From: Methanomassiliicoccales archaeon
Lineage (GTDB): Archaea; Thermoplasmatota; Thermoplasmata; SG8-5
Length of the DNA: 33,296 bases
NCBI GenBank assembly: GCA_030636255.1
Contig: DAOVXH010000001.1
Location: 1 to 33,296, forward strand
Direction: 5' to 3'
Made by a program: the position numbers and the translations under genes. Each line of letters opens with the position of its first letter. Positions within the stretch are counted from its first letter, which is position 1. Shown one piece after another: positions 31,486 through 33,296 of the stretch. The notes below the pieces were generated by a model. The model was given only the letters and a program-made list of their open reading frames with translations, made no database searches and had not been told where the DNA came from.

Positions 31486-31756
31486 TACGTTACCTCCTCT
31501 AATTCTTCCTTTGGTGGATAAATCTTATTATAATCTTGTTGCCCACACAAATACGTTATTTAATGATATGAGTCAACATATATTTATAACTTATGTAAAG
31601 TAAGAATCATTGGCATCTAAATATACTATTAGCTAAATTTATATTCAACATTAGTACAAAAATTTGCTCAAAATAGCATGTTTGAGGAAGGTATAAATAT
31701 ATTGATATGATGTATGGAAAGTTGTATCTACTAATATAGAGGAAGGAGGAAAGGAT

Positions 31757-33296
31757 ATGAAAAACTATAGCATCCTTAGTTTAATCATAGCATTATTGCT
31801 ATTGAGCACAGGAATAAACGCACTTGTAATTGGAGGAATATCTGAAAATGTATTAGACATCGAAGATTTGACCCCAAATGAGCTTATGACAGAGATTGAG
31901 GCAAATGACGATTTTGAATTGTTTGATGTCAACAATATACCGACATTGAGCGACAGAATCTCACCTGAACTTATGGAAAAAATTAACATAAAGGAACGGG
32001 TGAAAGTGACCATAATAACCTCAGATATCGCAGAACTGGCAATAGCTCTAAAAGATTATGATTACGGTGGCACAAGGATTGGTGTTGAAAACAGCAAATA
32101 TATTGCAGCACCAACTATTGAAATAGATAGTTCAGCCATCTCTAATCTTGGAATGCTTTCTGGCGTAATTAGCATATTCGAACATGAAGAGCCGATTTAC
32201 CATGGATATCCAGTAGAGGATGAATTGGGTAGTGGTGGATTCTCAGAAACAGACACTTTCGACGGCGATGGATTGGAAAGAATTCCAGCAATGCAACACA
32301 AGGCAGACAGGGCCTGGGATAATGGCATAACCGGAGATGGTGTCAATATTGCAGTCATGGGCGCCGGTGTCGATTTCGCACATCCAGACCTTTATGGAAC
32401 TCAGGCAAGAATAACAGATGCCGCCTCCCCCTACTTCGGATGGCCAATAATGTTTGACCCAGCATCAATGGACGCATTCATAAAATTGATTGATGAAAAC
32501 GAAACCATGGAAGATGCCTGGTACGTTAGCACCACCGACACAAACTCCAATGTTACTCACCCTATTGTCATTGACGGCACTAATGATTTCTGGCGTGACG
32601 AAACCATTGGTGTGGATGCAATAAACGATGGAGCAAACGATGAATTGACAAAGATTGATGGTAGAATCAGTGATTTTGAATTGAAATCACTGAAAATTGC
32701 CCAGGACCAGGATAACTGGTACTTTGGTTTTGACACTTTTTGCAATGCTACTGATGTGAATTATGGATTATACATTGACACAGACCAGACAACAGATTCA
32801 GGTGGAGACTTTGACCCCTTCGGAAACTATGTCAATACTACTGGATGGGATCCAATACAGAATACATTCAATGCATTGAATGCAACACATATGCCAGAAT
32901 TTGCTCTATACTTTAACCACACAGGAATTACTTGGGAAGCTGATGACACTGGTGCTCTTGCTAAGGATACTGATGAATTCGCAGAAGTGACTTTCAGTGA
33001 GTGGATACCAGGAACCAGTAGCTGGGAGAACAAATTGCTCAATGATACAGAAGAAGTCAATGGAGAATTTGCATACAGTGGCTATGGCTTCGATAAAGGG
33101 CTGAATGATTTCTGTGGCTTCGTGGAATTCTCTTTGCCCAGGGCCACCTTAAATGATGCAGAAGAGATATCTGTAATAATGTTTACTACTGGGAACAATC
33201 AATCCACAGTTCAGGATTCAACAAACTTTGATCCTAATGTCATGCTCAAAGAAAATGATTGGTCTACAAACATGACCACGCTCTCTGCATATGTTA
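31757..33296 (+). CDS. second S8 (subtilase)-like secreted protein, 3' end runs off the window; catalytic Asp position is Gly
   Basis: This ORF is not in the supplied ORF track because it has no stop. I translated it by hand: ATG 31757 lies 7 nt after GGAGGA, and 513 codons follow with no stop. The signal peptide is MKNYSILSLIIALLLLSTGINA. A propeptide-like segment is followed by RAWDNGITGDGVNIAVMGAGVDFAHPDL, which aligns with the subtilase Asp box VAVIDTGVD..HPDL. Confidence 0.8.
   Translation, partial: MKNYSILSLIIALLLLSTGINALVIGGISENVLDIEDLTPNELMTEIEANDDFELFDVNNIPTLSDRISPELMEKINIKERVKVTIITSDIAELAIALKDYDYGGTRIGVENSKYIAAPTIEIDSSAISNLGMLSGVISIFEHEEPIYHGYPVEDELGSGGFSETDTFDGDGLERIPAMQHKADRAWDNGITGDGVNIAVMGAGVDFAHPDLYGTQARITDAASPYFGWPIMFDPASMDAFIKLIDENETMEDAWYVSTTDTNSNVTHPIVIDGTNDFWRDETIGVDAINDGANDELTKIDGRISDFELKSLKIAQDQDNWYFGFDTFCNATDVNYGLYIDTDQTTDSGGDFDPFGNYVNTTGWDPIQNTFNALNATHMPEFALYFNHTGITWEADDTGALAKDTDEFAEVTFSEWIPGTSSWENKLLNDTEEVNGEFAYSGYGFDKGLNDFCGFVEFSLPRATLNDAEEISVIMFTTGNNQSTVQDSTNFDPNVMLKENDWSTNMTTLSAYV

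Noticed and set aside
1-33296. Search for tRNA, rRNA, CRISPR arrays, IS elements, integrases, toxin-antitoxin or known defence genes
   Set aside because: Every intergenic region is 271 bp or shorter and none shows a cloverleaf-compatible arm pattern. There are no direct-repeat/spacer arrays and no transposase- or integrase-like ORFs. The only dispersed repeat is the coding C-terminal domain duplication reported above.

Overview
Archaeal chromosomal window, moderately AT-rich, densely packed, with frequent GGAGG/GGTGA Shine-Dalgarno-like motifs. All domain calls are motif recognition by eye; no searches were run. The left third (1-9.9 kb) is core housekeeping: a kbl-like PLP enzyme (5' end cut by the window edge), proteasome beta subunit followed by aCPSF1/FttA, a gamma-carbonic-anhydrase-like hexapeptide protein, purM, pyrB-pyrI, aRF1 and argS. 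The region from 9.9 to 21 kb is one long minus-strand run. It has small accessory genes (lipocalin-like membrane protein, SDR, Zn-ribbon membrane protein, GNAT, SAM methyltransferase). Upstream of these lie three giant, very acidic surface proteins. The first is a 1027-aa fusion of a NapH/NosR-like polyferredoxin membrane module with two extracytoplasmic CxxC thioredoxin-fold domains. The second is a 751-aa CARDB plus thrombospondin-type-3-repeat protein. The third is an 806-aa secreted CPYC thioredoxin-fold protein. A small HTH regulator is transcribed divergently from this cluster across a region containing TTAACA-based palindromes. Next come an XPD/Rad3 Fe-S helicase (apparently leaderless) and a coiled-coil / V4R / Roadblock-LC7 operon with no GTPase nearby. 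These are followed by a 1679-aa multidomain subtilisin-like (S8) protease. Its last ~660 aa repeat the C-terminal module cassette of the 806-aa protein, including a ~176-aa C-terminal domain about two thirds identical by eye. At the right edge is an open-ended ORF absent from the supplied ORF track. It encodes a second S8-like protein in which the catalytic Asp position reads Gly. No rRNA, tRNA, CRISPR array, transposase or integrase was seen. Gene content and the acidic giant surface proteins suggest an uncultured marine Thermoplasmatota-like archaeon (for example the MG-II/MG-III type), but this is inference only. The best candidate for a new system is the polyferredoxin-Trx fusion together with its neighbouring CxxC surface proteins and the shared C-terminal domain.
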